Origin: Bacteroidota bacterium
GTDB lineage: Bacteria > Bacteroidota > Bacteroidia > Bacteroidales > VadinHA17
Direction of reading: 5' to 3'
Length of the DNA stretch: 64,000 bases
Assembly: GCA_011049175.1 (NCBI GenBank)
Contig: DSCJ01000133.1
Location: forward strand, 8,016-72,015
Shown: positions 39,442-49,219 of the stretch, in pieces
Layout of the letters: every line of letters begins with the position of its first letter
How positions within the stretch are numbered: position 1 is the first letter of the stretch
The notes under the pieces: model-generated
Seen by the model: the letters and a program-made list of their open reading frames with translations, nothing else
Told to the model about the DNA's origin: nothing
Databases searched by the model: none
Program-made: the position numbers and the translations under genes

Positions 39442-39828
39442 TCATTCCTTCCTGAATAGTTCGTTGATGGCTATTTCCAGGTTATCCATCAGTTCATTGT
39501 CTTTGATCACGTAGTCTTCTATGCCTTTTCTGGCAAGTTCGAGCACAATATTCCCGCTGTCCTGCCCCGACAGCATGATCACGGGAATATCCGGTTCTTT
39601 TTCCCTGATCTTTTCAAAGATTTCCATGCCGTTCATTACCCGGGTATCGGGTTTCATGAAAAGATAATCGAGAATGATCAGATCGGGTTTTCGGTCGAGT
39701 TGATCCAGGCACTCCTCCCCGTACATGAACGTTTCCAGTTCATATGCCTTGTTTTCCAGCCTTTTTCTGACCAGATTCAGGATGAAGGGATCGTCATCCA
39801 CCACAAAAATCAGCTTGTTGTCTGACAT
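39442..39828 (-). CDS. Single-domain response regulator (receiver only)
   Basis: VVDDD, PDLIILD, IPVIMLSG, YVIK; -7 box TAACTTTG at 39858-39865. Confidence 0.9.
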   Translation of the reverse strand: MSDNKLIFVVDDDPFILNLVRKRLENKAYELETFMYGEECLDQLDRKPDLIILDYLFMKPDTRVMNGMEIFEKIREKEPDIPVIMLSGQDSGNIVLELARKGIEDYVIKDNELMDNLEIAINELFRKE

Positions 39829-39902
39829 GGATTGCGATTGGATTGTAAAGAGCCGGTCAAAGTTAATAAAAATGAATCAATACGTTACGCTTCCGGGAAA
39901 GT

Positions 39903-41183
39903 TCATCCTGCAAACAGGGGATATTCCGCCATCATTTCGTTAACCTCTTTCTTCACACTCCGGATCAGATCCACATCCTGGTAGTTCTGAATAACCCTGT
40001 CAATCAGTTCCACAATGGTCGCCATATCGTTTTCTTTCAATCCCCGTGTGGTTACGGCAGGGGTTCCCAGCCGCAGACCCGAGGTATGCAGGGGCGGACG
40101 GGAATCGAACGGCACCATGTTCTTGTTCACGGTAATGTCGGCCTGAACCAGGGCATCTTCCACCTGTTTGCCGGTAATTTCGGGATATTTGGTTCTCAAA
40201 TCGATCAGCATGGAATGGTTGTCGGTACCCCCTGACACCACCTGGTAACCCCGCTCTATAAATTCAGCCGCCATTCTGCGTGCATTCTTCACAACCTGTT
40301 TCTGGTATTCCCTGAACCCAGGCTGAAGGGCTTCGCCGAAAGCCACTGCCTTGGCAGCGATCACATGTTCCAGCGGCCCGCCCTGTGTTCCGGGGAACAC
40401 ACCTGAATTCAGGAGGGACGACATTTTCCGCACCACGCCTTTCCGGGTGGTTTTTCCCCATGGATTCTCAAAATCTTTCCCCACCAGAATGATCCCTCCC
40501 CTCGGGCCTCGCAGGGTTTTATGGGTGGTCGACGTAACAATATGGGCGTATTTCAAGGGGTTATCGAGCAAACCGGCAGCAATGATCCCTGCCGGATGGG
40601 CCATATCTACTACCAGGATAGCCCCTACCTTATCTGCAATCTCCCTCATGCGGGCATAATCCCATTCGCGGGAATAGGCCGAAGCCCCGCCCATGATCAA
40701 TCGTGGTTTTTCCTTCAGAGCCAGTTCCTCCATCATATCGTAATCCACCGTACCGGTGTCTTTTTTCACACCGTACGCTACCGGCCGGTACAGAATACCC
40801 GACAGGTTGACCGGCGAACCATGGGAAAGATGTCCGCCATGTGACAGGTCCAGGCCCAGAAAGGTATCGCCGGGGTTCAGGCAGGTAAGGAATACGGCTG
40901 CATTGGCCTGCGCTCCCGAATGTGGCTGGACATTCACATATTCTGCATCATACAGTTCCATCAACCGGTCGATGGCCAGCTGCTCGGTCTGGTCAACTAT
41001 TTCGCAGCCACCGTAATACCGGTGTCCAGGATATCCTTCGGCATACTTATTGGTAAGGCAGGATCCCATGGCTTCCAGAACCTGCGGACTCACAAAATTT
41101 TCCGAAGCGATCAGTTCGATCCCGTTCTTCTGTCGGTTTTCTTCCTGTTTGATGAGATGGAATACCAGTTCGTCGCGTTTCAT
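39903..41183 (-). CDS. glyA: Serine hydroxymethyltransferase
   Basis: [34 protein letters not shown]; start ATG 41183, supported by TAACTTTG at 41210-41217. Confidence 0.97.
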   Translation of the reverse strand: MKRDELVFHLIKQEENRQKNGIELIASENFVSPQVLEAMGSCLTNKYAEGYPGHRYYGGCEIVDQTEQLAIDRLMELYDAEYVNVQPHSGAQANAAVFLTCLNPGDTFLGLDLSHGGHLSHGSPVNLSGILYRPVAYGVKKDTGTVDYDMMEELALKEKPRLIMGGASAYSREWDYARMREIADKVGAILVVDMAHPAGIIAAGLLDNPLKYAHIVTSTTHKTLRGPRGGIILVGKDFENPWGKTTRKGVVRKMSSLLNSGVFPGTQGGPLEHVIAAKAVAFGEALQPGFREYQKQVVKNARRMAAEFIERGYQVVSGGTDNHSMLIDLRTKYPEITGKQVEDALVQADITVNKNMVPFDSRPPLHTSGLRLGTPAVTTRGLKENDMATIVELIDRVIQNYQDVDLIRSVKKEVNEMMAEYPLFAG

Positions 41184-41263
41184 AGATATGAAATTAAGAT
41201 ATTTTCGGGCAAAGTTAAAGATTTTGGTGAACTTCCATTCCCTGCAAAAACAGTTGTTCAGCA

Positions 41264-43033
41264 CTATGAGATTTCCATAAGCCATTTTCTGTAAACCGAG
41301 AACATTTTCGATTTCGAGATCATGCCCGTGTATTTTTCCCCGTCCACTACCGGAAGATTCCATGCCCCCGTTTCATTGAATTTTTGCATTACCACCTCCA
41401 TGGAATCACCCGGGGAAATGGTCTCAGGCGGCAGGATCATCAGGTCGCGCACAAACATGGTTTCATACAGACCGGGATTGAAGATAATATCCCTGATCTG
41501 ATCCATGTGCACAATGCCTTTCAGGTTCCCTTCCCCGTCCACCACGGGAAAGATGTTCCTTCTGGATTTGGAGATCACTTTTACCAGTTCCCCCAGCGAG
41601 AGGTCGGGAGAAACGGTTTTCAGGTCTTTCTCGATCACTTCATCAAGCTTCATCAGGGTAAGCACGGCCTGATCCTTGTAATGGGTCAGCAGTTCACCTC
41701 TTTCTGCCAGACGCCGTGTATAAATGGAATGCGGTTCGAAATACATGATGGTCATGTAGGAAATGGTAGAAGTAATGATCAGCGGGATGAACAATCCGTA
41801 TCCCCCGGTCAGCTCTGCGATAAGGAAGACAGCAGTCAGGGGGGCATGCATAATGCCCGCCATGAGTCCGGCCATACCCACCAGGGCAAAGTTGCTCTCC
41901 GACACATGGATCAGGCCCGTTCCGTTCGCCGCCCTGGCAAACACAAATCCCAGAATCCCGCCGCTGAACAGCGTGGGAGCAAATATTCCCCCCACTCCTC
42001 CGCTTCCGGTGGTAACCGCCATGGCCACCATTTTAAAAACTACGATCATGCTGAGAAAAAGCAGGAAAAGCCAGTACCGGTCCCTGAACGAAAAGAACAG
42101 GCTCGAGTGCAGGGTTTCCACTGCCTGCCCACTGAGAATGGATTTCAGGGTTTCATAGCCTTCCCCGTAAAGGGGCGGAAACAGAAAGATCAGCAATCCC
42201 AGTATCACCCCGCCGGTGAGCAACCGTATCCAGGGTTTGTCCATTCTGAAAAAACGGCTTTCCACCTTCATGGTTCCCCAGGTATAGTAATAGGATACCA
42301 GACCACATACCACACCAAGCAAAATATAGAACGGGATATTGTTCAGCTCGAAAGGTTCCTGCAGGGTGTAGTTGAAGATCACGTCCCTTCCCAGAAGAAA
42401 ATTAGCCACGGTGGCCCCGGTAACGGAAGAGATCAACAGGGGAATCAGCGACGACATGGTAAGGTCGAGCATCAACACTTCCAGGGCAAACACCACGGCA
42501 GCAATGGGGGCCTTGAAAATCCCTGCAATGGCAGCCGAGGCCCCGCAACCCACCAGCAGGGTTATTGTTTTGTAGTTCAGGCGAAGGATTCTTCCCAGAT
42601 TGCTACCGATAGCAGAGCCGGTCAGTACAATGGGTGCCTCCAGTCCTACCGAACCCCCGAACCCCACGGTAAGGGTACTGGCCACCATGGATGAATAGGT
42701 ATTATGCGGGGCCAGGTAGCTGTTCCTCCGGCTGATGGCGTATAGAATGCGGCTGATACCGTGGCCGATCTTATCTCTTACAAAGCGGTTCACAAAAACC
42801 ACTGTCAGCAGGATCCCGATCATGGGGTAGGCAAAATACAGCACGCTGGCACTCTCGATAGAAAGCCAGTTGGTAAGAAGCACACTGGTGTAATGCACCG
42901 TATTTTTCAGCAGGATGGCAGCCAGCCCTCCCAGCACCCCAATCACCAGGCTCAGGATGAACACAAACTGACGGTGTGGTATATGCTTCAGCCGCCAGAC
43001 CAGAAACCTGTGGAGAATACGCTCGGCCATCAT
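41264..43033 (-). CDS. CLC family chloride channel/transporter with CBS pair (paralogue 1)
   Basis: [31 protein letters not shown], two CBS domains; start ATG 43033 or 43030. Confidence 0.92.
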   Translation of the reverse strand: MMAERILHRFLVWRLKHIPHRQFVFILSLVIGVLGGLAAILLKNTVHYTSVLLTNWLSIESASVLYFAYPMIGILLTVVFVNRFVRDKIGHGISRILYAISRRNSYLAPHNTYSSMVASTLTVGFGGSVGLEAPIVLTGSAIGSNLGRILRLNYKTITLLVGCGASAAIAGIFKAPIAAVVFALEVLMLDLTMSSLIPLLISSVTGATVANFLLGRDVIFNYTLQEPFELNNIPFYILLGVVCGLVSYYYTWGTMKVESRFFRMDKPWIRLLTGGVILGLLIFLFPPLYGEGYETLKSILSGQAVETLHSSLFFSFRDRYWLFLLFLSMIVVFKMVAMAVTTGSGGVGGIFAPTLFSGGILGFVFARAANGTGLIHVSESNFALVGMAGLMAGIMHAPLTAVFLIAELTGGYGLFIPLIITSTISYMTIMYFEPHSIYTRRLAERGELLTHYKDQAVLTLMKLDEVIEKDLKTVSPDLSLGELVKVISKSRRNIFPVVDGEGNLKGIVHMDQIRDIIFNPGLYETMFVRDLMILPPETISPGDSMEVVMQKFNETGAWNLPVVDGEKYTGMISKSKMFSVYRKWLMEIS

Positions 43034-43040
43034 AACGCAG

Positions 43041-43048
43041 CAAAAGTA
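43041..43048 (-). promoter_or_regulatory. -7 box TACTTTTG, 7 nt before the CLC-1 ATG
   Basis: TAnnTTTG match. Confidence 0.6.
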
Positions 43049-43101
43049 GTATTTTACCGTTAACCGGAAAACTGGTTCATGAAAGAAAACAGGGAGGAAA
43101 C

Positions 43102-44874
43102 TCAATCATCGGAAAAATCCCTGATGAGTTGCCGGTACCTGCTGAATACATTGGCCCGGGACACAAACCCCACATACTTCCCGTTGTCGATCACAGGAAG
43201 ATTGTAATGTTGCGTTGTTTCGAACTTATGGGCTACCTCCTCCATCGATTCTTCGGGATGCACAATGGGTGTGGGCATGAACATGAGGTCGCGCACATAG
43301 GTGTTGTCATACAGCTCGGGGTTGAACACAATGTGCCGGATATCGTTCACAAAAACGATTCCCATCAGGTTATTCTCCTCATCCACCACCGGAAAAATGT
43401 TCCTCTGGGAACGTGAGATGACCTGCACCAGTTCTCCCAGCGTGGCATCCGGGTGAATGGTATTGAAATTGGTTTCTATCAGGTGAGAAACCTGCATCAG
43501 GCTGAGCGCCGCCTTGTCCTTGTCATGCGTCATCAGCTCACCTCTCCGGGCCAGCTGAATGGTATACACCGAATTGGTCTCGAAAATCCTGACAGTGGCA
43601 AAGGATATGGTAGCGACAATCATCAGGGGAATAAACAGCTCATACCCGCCTGTTACTTCGGCAATAAGGAATATGGCGGTAAGCGGTGCGTGTATGATCC
43701 CGCTCAGCATCCCCGCCATTCCCACCAGGGCAAAATTACTTTCCGACACCTGGGCATTGAACAGGTTCAGGATTTTGGCAAAAAACAACCCCGAATTGGC
43801 CCCCAGGAACAGGGTTGGTGCAAACATACCTCCTACCCCTCCGGCAGAAAAAGTCAGCGAAGTAGCCGCCGCCTTAAAGAGGATAATTACCAGGAACCCG
43901 AGAATAACGGCCGGCAGGCTGTCATGAAACGAATGATAGAAAGTATTGTCGAACAGGTGGCTATAGTCTCCATTCAGGCTGTTGTTGATAGCCTCATACC
44001 CTTCCCCGTAAAGGGAAGGAACCAGGAAAATCAATACTCCGAGGCCCAGCCCCCCGAACAGCAACCTTTTCATCCAGCTGTGGATCATTTCAAAACGACT
44101 GGTTATCAGCATGTACATACGCGTGAAATACACCGACACCAGGCCGGCAAATATTCCCATGATGATGAACCAGGGAACATCGTTCACCATGAACTTCTCA
44201 TGAATATCGAAGGGATACAGCACATTCTGTCCCAGAAAAGCATAGGAAATAAGTACGGCCGTTACGCTGGAAATCAGCAAAGGGATCAGGGAAGCCATGG
44301 TCAGATCGAGCATGATCACCTCCAGAGAAAAAACTATAGCTGCAATGGGGGCCTTGAAAATAGAAGCCATAGCAGCGGTGGAGGCACATCCCAGGAGCAG
44401 GATGATCTGCCTGTAATTCAGGCGGAATAACCTTCCCAGATTGGATCCTATGGCGGCTCCGGTTGCAACCGTGGGTCCCTCCAAACCCACCGATCCTCCG
44501 AAACCTACCGTAAGCACACTTGACACGATGGATGAAAACATGTTGTGCCTTTTGATGATCCCGTTATTTCTGGAAATCGAATACAATACGGTGGGGATGC
44601 CATGCCCCACGGTATCTCTGAGCAGGTACCTCACAAACAGAACCGTAAGAAATATTCCGGCAAGGGGAAAAAGAAAATAAAAATAATTCTGCATATCACT
44701 GGGGAAATGGGAGATCAGCAATTGCTGAATCCACCGGACCATACTTTTGATGATCACCGCAGCCAGCCCTCCGGCAAAACCCACCACCACACTCAGTATC
44801 AATATAAACTGGCGGTCGGTGATCCTCCTCAACCGCCACTTGTAGATCCGGACCCACAGCGATTTGATATCCAT
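43102..44874 (-). CDS. CLC family chloride channel/transporter with CBS pair (paralogue 2)
   Basis: GHGIP, GGSVGLEGP, FKAPI, GGMFAP, SVYT, CBS pair; start ATG 44874. Confidence 0.92.
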   Translation of the reverse strand: MDIKSLWVRIYKWRLRRITDRQFILILSVVVGFAGGLAAVIIKSMVRWIQQLLISHFPSDMQNYFYFLFPLAGIFLTVLFVRYLLRDTVGHGIPTVLYSISRNNGIIKRHNMFSSIVSSVLTVGFGGSVGLEGPTVATGAAIGSNLGRLFRLNYRQIILLLGCASTAAMASIFKAPIAAIVFSLEVIMLDLTMASLIPLLISSVTAVLISYAFLGQNVLYPFDIHEKFMVNDVPWFIIMGIFAGLVSVYFTRMYMLITSRFEMIHSWMKRLLFGGLGLGVLIFLVPSLYGEGYEAINNSLNGDYSHLFDNTFYHSFHDSLPAVILGFLVIILFKAAATSLTFSAGGVGGMFAPTLFLGANSGLFFAKILNLFNAQVSESNFALVGMAGMLSGIIHAPLTAIFLIAEVTGGYELFIPLMIVATISFATVRIFETNSVYTIQLARRGELMTHDKDKAALSLMQVSHLIETNFNTIHPDATLGELVQVISRSQRNIFPVVDEENNLMGIVFVNDIRHIVFNPELYDNTYVRDLMFMPTPIVHPEESMEEVAHKFETTQHYNLPVIDNGKYVGFVSRANVFSRYRQLIRDFSDD

Positions 44875-44881
44875 GACGAAA

Positions 44882-44889
44882 CAAAAATA
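44882..44889 (-). promoter_or_regulatory. -7 box TATTTTTG, 7 nt before the CLC-2 ATG
   Basis: TAnnTTTG match. Confidence 0.6.
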
Positions 44890-45040
44890 ATACAATCTTC
44901 TATTAACCAAAGGCATAGTAAAAGAGATTTATTCTGTATTTTGAAAGCATGAATTATTCGGTAACTTTGTGTTTCACCTGCAGGCAACCCCTCGTTGGGT
45001 TAAGAAAACGGGAAGGAAAACGCCTGCTTCCGGAAACAAT

Positions 45041-46306
45041 ATGATCCGCTTTGAAAAAACCACATTGGGCAACGGGCTGCGGGTGCTGGTGCACCATGAT
45101 CCCGCTTCGCCCCTGGCCGCCGTGAATATTCTGTACGACGTGGGTTCGAGAGACGAAGATCCCGGCAGAATCGGATTTGCCCACCTGTTTGAGCATCTGA
45201 TGTTCGGCGGATCGGTAAACGTCCCTTCCTATGATACTCCACTGCAACAGGTGGGAGGGGAAAACAATGCCTTTACCAATACCGACATCACGAACTATTA
45301 CCTTACCCTTCCCTCGAACAATCTGGATACGGGCCTGTGGATTGAATCGGACCGGATGCTGGAACTGAATTTCACGGAAAAGAACCTGCAGGTGCAACGC
45401 CAGGTGGTGATTGAAGAATTCAAACAGAGATACCTGAACCAGCCATACGGAGATGCCATCCTGCTGCTGAGGCCACTGGCCTACAAAGTGCATCCGTACC
45501 GGTGGCCCACCATCGGCCGGGAAATCAGTCACATTCAGGAAGCGGGGCTGGAAGAAGTGAAGGATTTCTTCTATTCGCACTATGCCCCGAACAATGCCAT
45601 CCTGGTACTGGCAGGAAACGTTACACCCGACAGGGGATTTGAGAGGGCGGCATACTGGTTCGGAGATATCGAACGCCGGAATATCCGTCCCAGGAACCTG
45701 CCTGTCGAACCACCGCAGGAAAGCCACCGGCATCTCACAGTACACAGGCCGGTCCCTTTCGACGCCCTGTACCTGGCTTTCCATATGCCCGAAAGAACAC
45801 ACCGGGATTATCATGCCTGCGACCTGATCTCCGATATCCTTTCGAACGGTAAATCATCCCGGCTTTACCGTTCCCTGGTGATGGAACAAAAACTTTTCAG
45901 CGATATCAATGCCTATATCACAGGAGAAAGGGATCCCGGACTGTTTATGATAACAGGCAAACTTACCGATGGGGTTCCTGTGGAAGCAGGGGAAAAAGCC
46001 ATACACAACGAATTGGAAAAAATGAGGGAAGAAAGGGTGCCGTCCCATGAACTGGCGAAGGTGAAAAACCAGGTGGAAGCCAACTGGCTGTACGGGGAAA
46101 CCGATATCCTGAACCGGGCCATGAACCTGGCCCTGTTCGAATGGCTGGGAGATGCGGATATGATCAACAGCGAAACGGAAAAATACCACAAAGTAACGGC
46201 TGAGCAAATCAACCAGGTTGCCAGAAACCTTTTCCGGATGGAAAACCTTTCCACCCTGTATTACCTCAGGCAGAAAGAACCCCTGAATCACGAGACCAGC
46301 ACATGA
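45041..46306 (+). CDS. M16 family zinc peptidase, catalytic subunit
   Basis: GFAHLFEHLMF (HxxEH), NAFT..D.T.Y, ESDRM; start ATG 45041 with TAACTTTG at 44962-44969. Confidence 0.93.
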   Translation: MIRFEKTTLGNGLRVLVHHDPASPLAAVNILYDVGSRDEDPGRIGFAHLFEHLMFGGSVNVPSYDTPLQQVGGENNAFTNTDITNYYLTLPSNNLDTGLWIESDRMLELNFTEKNLQVQRQVVIEEFKQRYLNQPYGDAILLLRPLAYKVHPYRWPTIGREISHIQEAGLEEVKDFFYSHYAPNNAILVLAGNVTPDRGFERAAYWFGDIERRNIRPRNLPVEPPQESHRHLTVHRPVPFDALYLAFHMPERTHRDYHACDLISDILSNGKSSRLYRSLVMEQKLFSDINAYITGERDPGLFMITGKLTDGVPVEAGEKAIHNELEKMREERVPSHELAKVKNQVEANWLYGETDILNRAMNLALFEWLGDADMINSETEKYHKVTAEQINQVARNLFRMENLSTLYYLRQKEPLNHETST

Positions 46307-47589
46307 TCGACAGAAAAACCCCTCCGCCATACGGGATCATCGACAAGATCCGGTTTCCCCTGCCCGAACAGGAAATTCTCGGCAACGGTCTTTCCGTGCA
46401 CACCATACAGGATGGCGTACACGATATTGTCAGGCTGGATTACTCATTTCCCGCCGGCTCGCGGTACGCTTCGCTTCCCCTGACTGCCTTTGCAGTCAAT
46501 CAGTTGCTCCAGGAAGGCACAAAGAAATACCATGCACGGGAACTAGCCGAAAAGCTGGACTATTACGGTGCCGTTTTCAAACCCTGGATCACCTCCGATA
46601 CCGCAGGACTCACCGTTTTCACTCTGAGCAAACACCTGATACATGTCACCGGTCTTGTGCAATCCATGATCATCGAACCCCTGTTTCCTGAAGAGGAACT
46701 CCTGGTATTTCTTCAGAAAAGAAAGCAACAATTCCTGGTGGAAATGGAGCGGGTTTCCTACCGGGCCAGGAACCGTTTCACGGAAGTGCTGTTCGGTGAA
46801 AACCACCCGTACGGAAGAACCCTCAGGGAGGATGATTTCCAACTGATCAACCGGGAGGTGCTCAGGCATTTCTGGGAAAACACTTACTCCTCATCCCAGT
46901 CATGGGTGCTGGTTTCAGGGAAACCGGGCCCTTCCCGCCTGAAGGATCTGAAGAAAAAACTGGCCGCTATTCCGTTGCGTACGGAGAAAGATGCTCTTCC
47001 TTCTTTCCCCGATATCGAATCATGCCCGGGCAAAAGGCATGTGATCCCTATGACCCGGCATGTGCAGTCGGCCCTGCGTATTGGCCGCCTAACCTTTCCC
47101 CGCAACCACCCCGACTTTCCGGCCATGCTGGTTCTCAACACCATTCTGGGCGGGTATTTCGGATCAAGGCTGATGCGAAATATCCGGGAAGACAAAGGAT
47201 ATACCTACGGCATAGGATCATTTATTCTGCCCCTGCACAATGCAGGGTACTTAACTGTCGTTTCTGAAGTGGGGTCCGAATATACCGCAAACGCCATTGC
47301 AGAAATTTACCGTGAAATGGAAATCCTGCAGCGTGAACCCGTGAAAGATGATGAACTGGACCTGGTACGTAATTACATGATGGGAGACCTGCTTCGCGAA
47401 CTCGACGGACCCTTCTCCACGGCAGAAACATACCGTCACGTAGTAGACGCCGGAATGGATATGTCGCATTTGCTGCATATTATGGAAACGATCAAACACA
47501 TCACTCCAGGTGAGATCAGGGAACTGGCACAAAAATACCTCTGCCCGGAAGACATGAAGGAAGTGATTGCAGGCCGCATGGATGAATAA
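46303..47589 (+). CDS. M16 family peptidase, non-catalytic partner
   Basis: No HxxEH; LGG.FGSRLM.NIREDKGYTYG; ATGA overlap with the previous gene. Confidence 0.9.
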   Translation: MIDRKTPPPYGIIDKIRFPLPEQEILGNGLSVHTIQDGVHDIVRLDYSFPAGSRYASLPLTAFAVNQLLQEGTKKYHARELAEKLDYYGAVFKPWITSDTAGLTVFTLSKHLIHVTGLVQSMIIEPLFPEEELLVFLQKRKQQFLVEMERVSYRARNRFTEVLFGENHPYGRTLREDDFQLINREVLRHFWENTYSSSQSWVLVSGKPGPSRLKDLKKKLAAIPLRTEKDALPSFPDIESCPGKRHVIPMTRHVQSALRIGRLTFPRNHPDFPAMLVLNTILGGYFGSRLMRNIREDKGYTYGIGSFILPLHNAGYLTVVSEVGSEYTANAIAEIYREMEILQREPVKDDELDLVRNYMMGDLLRELDGPFSTAETYRHVVDAGMDMSHLLHIMETIKHITPGEIRELAQKYLCPEDMKEVIAGRMDE

Positions 47590-47599
47590 CACACCCAAC

Positions 47600-49123
47600 A
47601 TGAACCTCCCGAAACCATACCTGCTCTGTTTCCTGTTCTGTCTGCAGGCCGTGCTGCCCGTTTGCGCTCAATACAGTGATACCATCCCGCAAATAGATTC
47701 TCTCAGTGTGGTGGTGGAGGCCGGGATGGAAAAACCCTTTATGGTATGGAACCGGCTTCCCGGTGCCGAAGGATATATTATTTTTCATTATGAATATGAA
47801 GATCAAAACCCCAACCCGATTTGGAATGGCATTGACACCACCTACTCGGAAACAGATACCAGCTATCTGCATCCGGGCGGCATGCCGGGATCGCAGCCTG
47901 AAGAATACCGTATAGGAGAACTGGACAGTACGCAGGAAGGAAATTTTTCCGGAGCAATGGGAGAAGTCCACACCACCATCCACGCCACGGCGGAATTCGA
48001 TCCCTGTGAAGGCAGCGTTGCCCTGGAATGGAACAAATACAGGGGCTGGCAGGAAGAAATAATCGAATACCGCATTTTTACCTCAGAGAATGGCGGACCG
48101 TTTGTATATTCTGCCAGCCAGATGCCGAACGACACAACATGGCTATTCACCGGTGCCGGTGCCTACACGGAATATTGTTTCCGTATCCGGGCCGTGTCGG
48201 AAGAAGGGCGAACCTCCACATCCAATACGGTATGCGTAACAGCCGACATGCCAAGGCCTCCCGGGTACATCAATGCCGACCAGGCTACCGTAAAAAACAA
48301 CGAGGAAATCGTAGTTTCCTTTCATATAGATCCCCTGGCTGAATCCGGAGAATACAGGCTGCTGCGGCGGTCTGCCGGACAGGAACCGTATGACACCCTG
48401 CATGTTTATTCGGCAGGGAATCCTGGCTACCTGGAATACACCGACGAGGAAGCAGACCTGAACCTGATCTGGGAATACCGCCTGGCTGCTGTGAATGAAT
48501 GCGGAAAAACGGTTTGCCTTTCAAATACTGCCACGAATATCAGCCTGCACGGCAATGCCATAGATTTTTTGATACATCTTGTCTGGAATGCATACCGGGA
48601 ATGGAATGGAGGGGTTGACAGATACGTCATCTACCGCTCCATCGGCAACGGGCCCTTTCTGGAAATAGGTACCACAGACAGACTGAACAACACATTTACC
48701 GACGATATTTCCGGATTCCGTACCCAGGCGGTGCCCGGCCTGTTCTGTTACCGGATAACAGCCATCGAATCTGCCGGCAATCCCTACGGTATTACCGGTG
48801 AAAGCCGTTCCAGCATCACCTGCATCGAGATGGAAACAGATATCCGGTTCCCTTCGGCCATTGTTCCCAACAGCGATATTCCTGTAAACAGGGTCTTCAA
48901 ACCCGTATATACCTTTTTCCCCCGCGAATACTACCTGGTGATCTATAACCGCTGGAACAACAAGGTATTCGAAACCACCAATCCTTCAGAAGGCTGGGAC
49001 GGCAATCCCGGCGGTGGAGCTACTCCTCAGGAAGGGATCTACATTTATTACTGCAAAATCAAAAATATGAACGGAGATGTGGTGGAAAAAACCGGAAAAG
49101 TAGCCGTACTTTTCAGAAAGTAA
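47600..49123 (+). CDS. Secreted FN3-like repeat protein with T9SS type-B (gliding motility-associated) C-terminal domain
   Basis: Signal peptide, L.W..Y..W / YCFRIRA repeats, C-terminal P.A..PN...N.VFKP..IYNRW..VFET...GWDG...G.Y.Y. Confidence 0.85.
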   Translation: MNLPKPYLLCFLFCLQAVLPVCAQYSDTIPQIDSLSVVVEAGMEKPFMVWNRLPGAEGYIIFHYEYEDQNPNPIWNGIDTTYSETDTSYLHPGGMPGSQPEEYRIGELDSTQEGNFSGAMGEVHTTIHATAEFDPCEGSVALEWNKYRGWQEEIIEYRIFTSENGGPFVYSASQMPNDTTWLFTGAGAYTEYCFRIRAVSEEGRTSTSNTVCVTADMPRPPGYINADQATVKNNEEIVVSFHIDPLAESGEYRLLRRSAGQEPYDTLHVYSAGNPGYLEYTDEEADLNLIWEYRLAAVNECGKTVCLSNTATNISLHGNAIDFLIHLVWNAYREWNGGVDRYVIYRSIGNGPFLEIGTTDRLNNTFTDDISGFRTQAVPGLFCYRITAIESAGNPYGITGESRSSITCIEMETDIRFPSAIVPNSDIPVNRVFKPVYTFFPREYYLVIYNRWNNKVFETTNPSEGWDGNPGGGATPQEGIYIYYCKIKNMNGDVVEKTGKVAVLFRK

Positions 49124-49219
49124 TTCCTCCGTCCATACAATCGGTTTCCGGGTTCAGCAGATATGCAAATTAGTTGTACCTTTGTGTTTTCGGGCATAAA
49201 ACCAGTTCATCGTGCGGGA

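Noticed and set aside
41384-44430. Long plus-strand ORFs (436 aa, 325 aa) opposite the CLC genes
   Set aside because: Antisense shadows of real genes. Similar shadows occur opposite recQ, guaB, ostA and recG and have no protein motifs.
41264-44874. Fluoride-specific CLC-F assignment, suggested by FALEV
   Set aside because: The CLC-F signatures GNNLI/GMGLI, GREGT and GEVTP are absent, and I see no fluoride riboswitch
46303-47589. M16 gene without HxxEH as a pseudogene
   Set aside because: Intact ORF; active/inactive M16 pairs are well known
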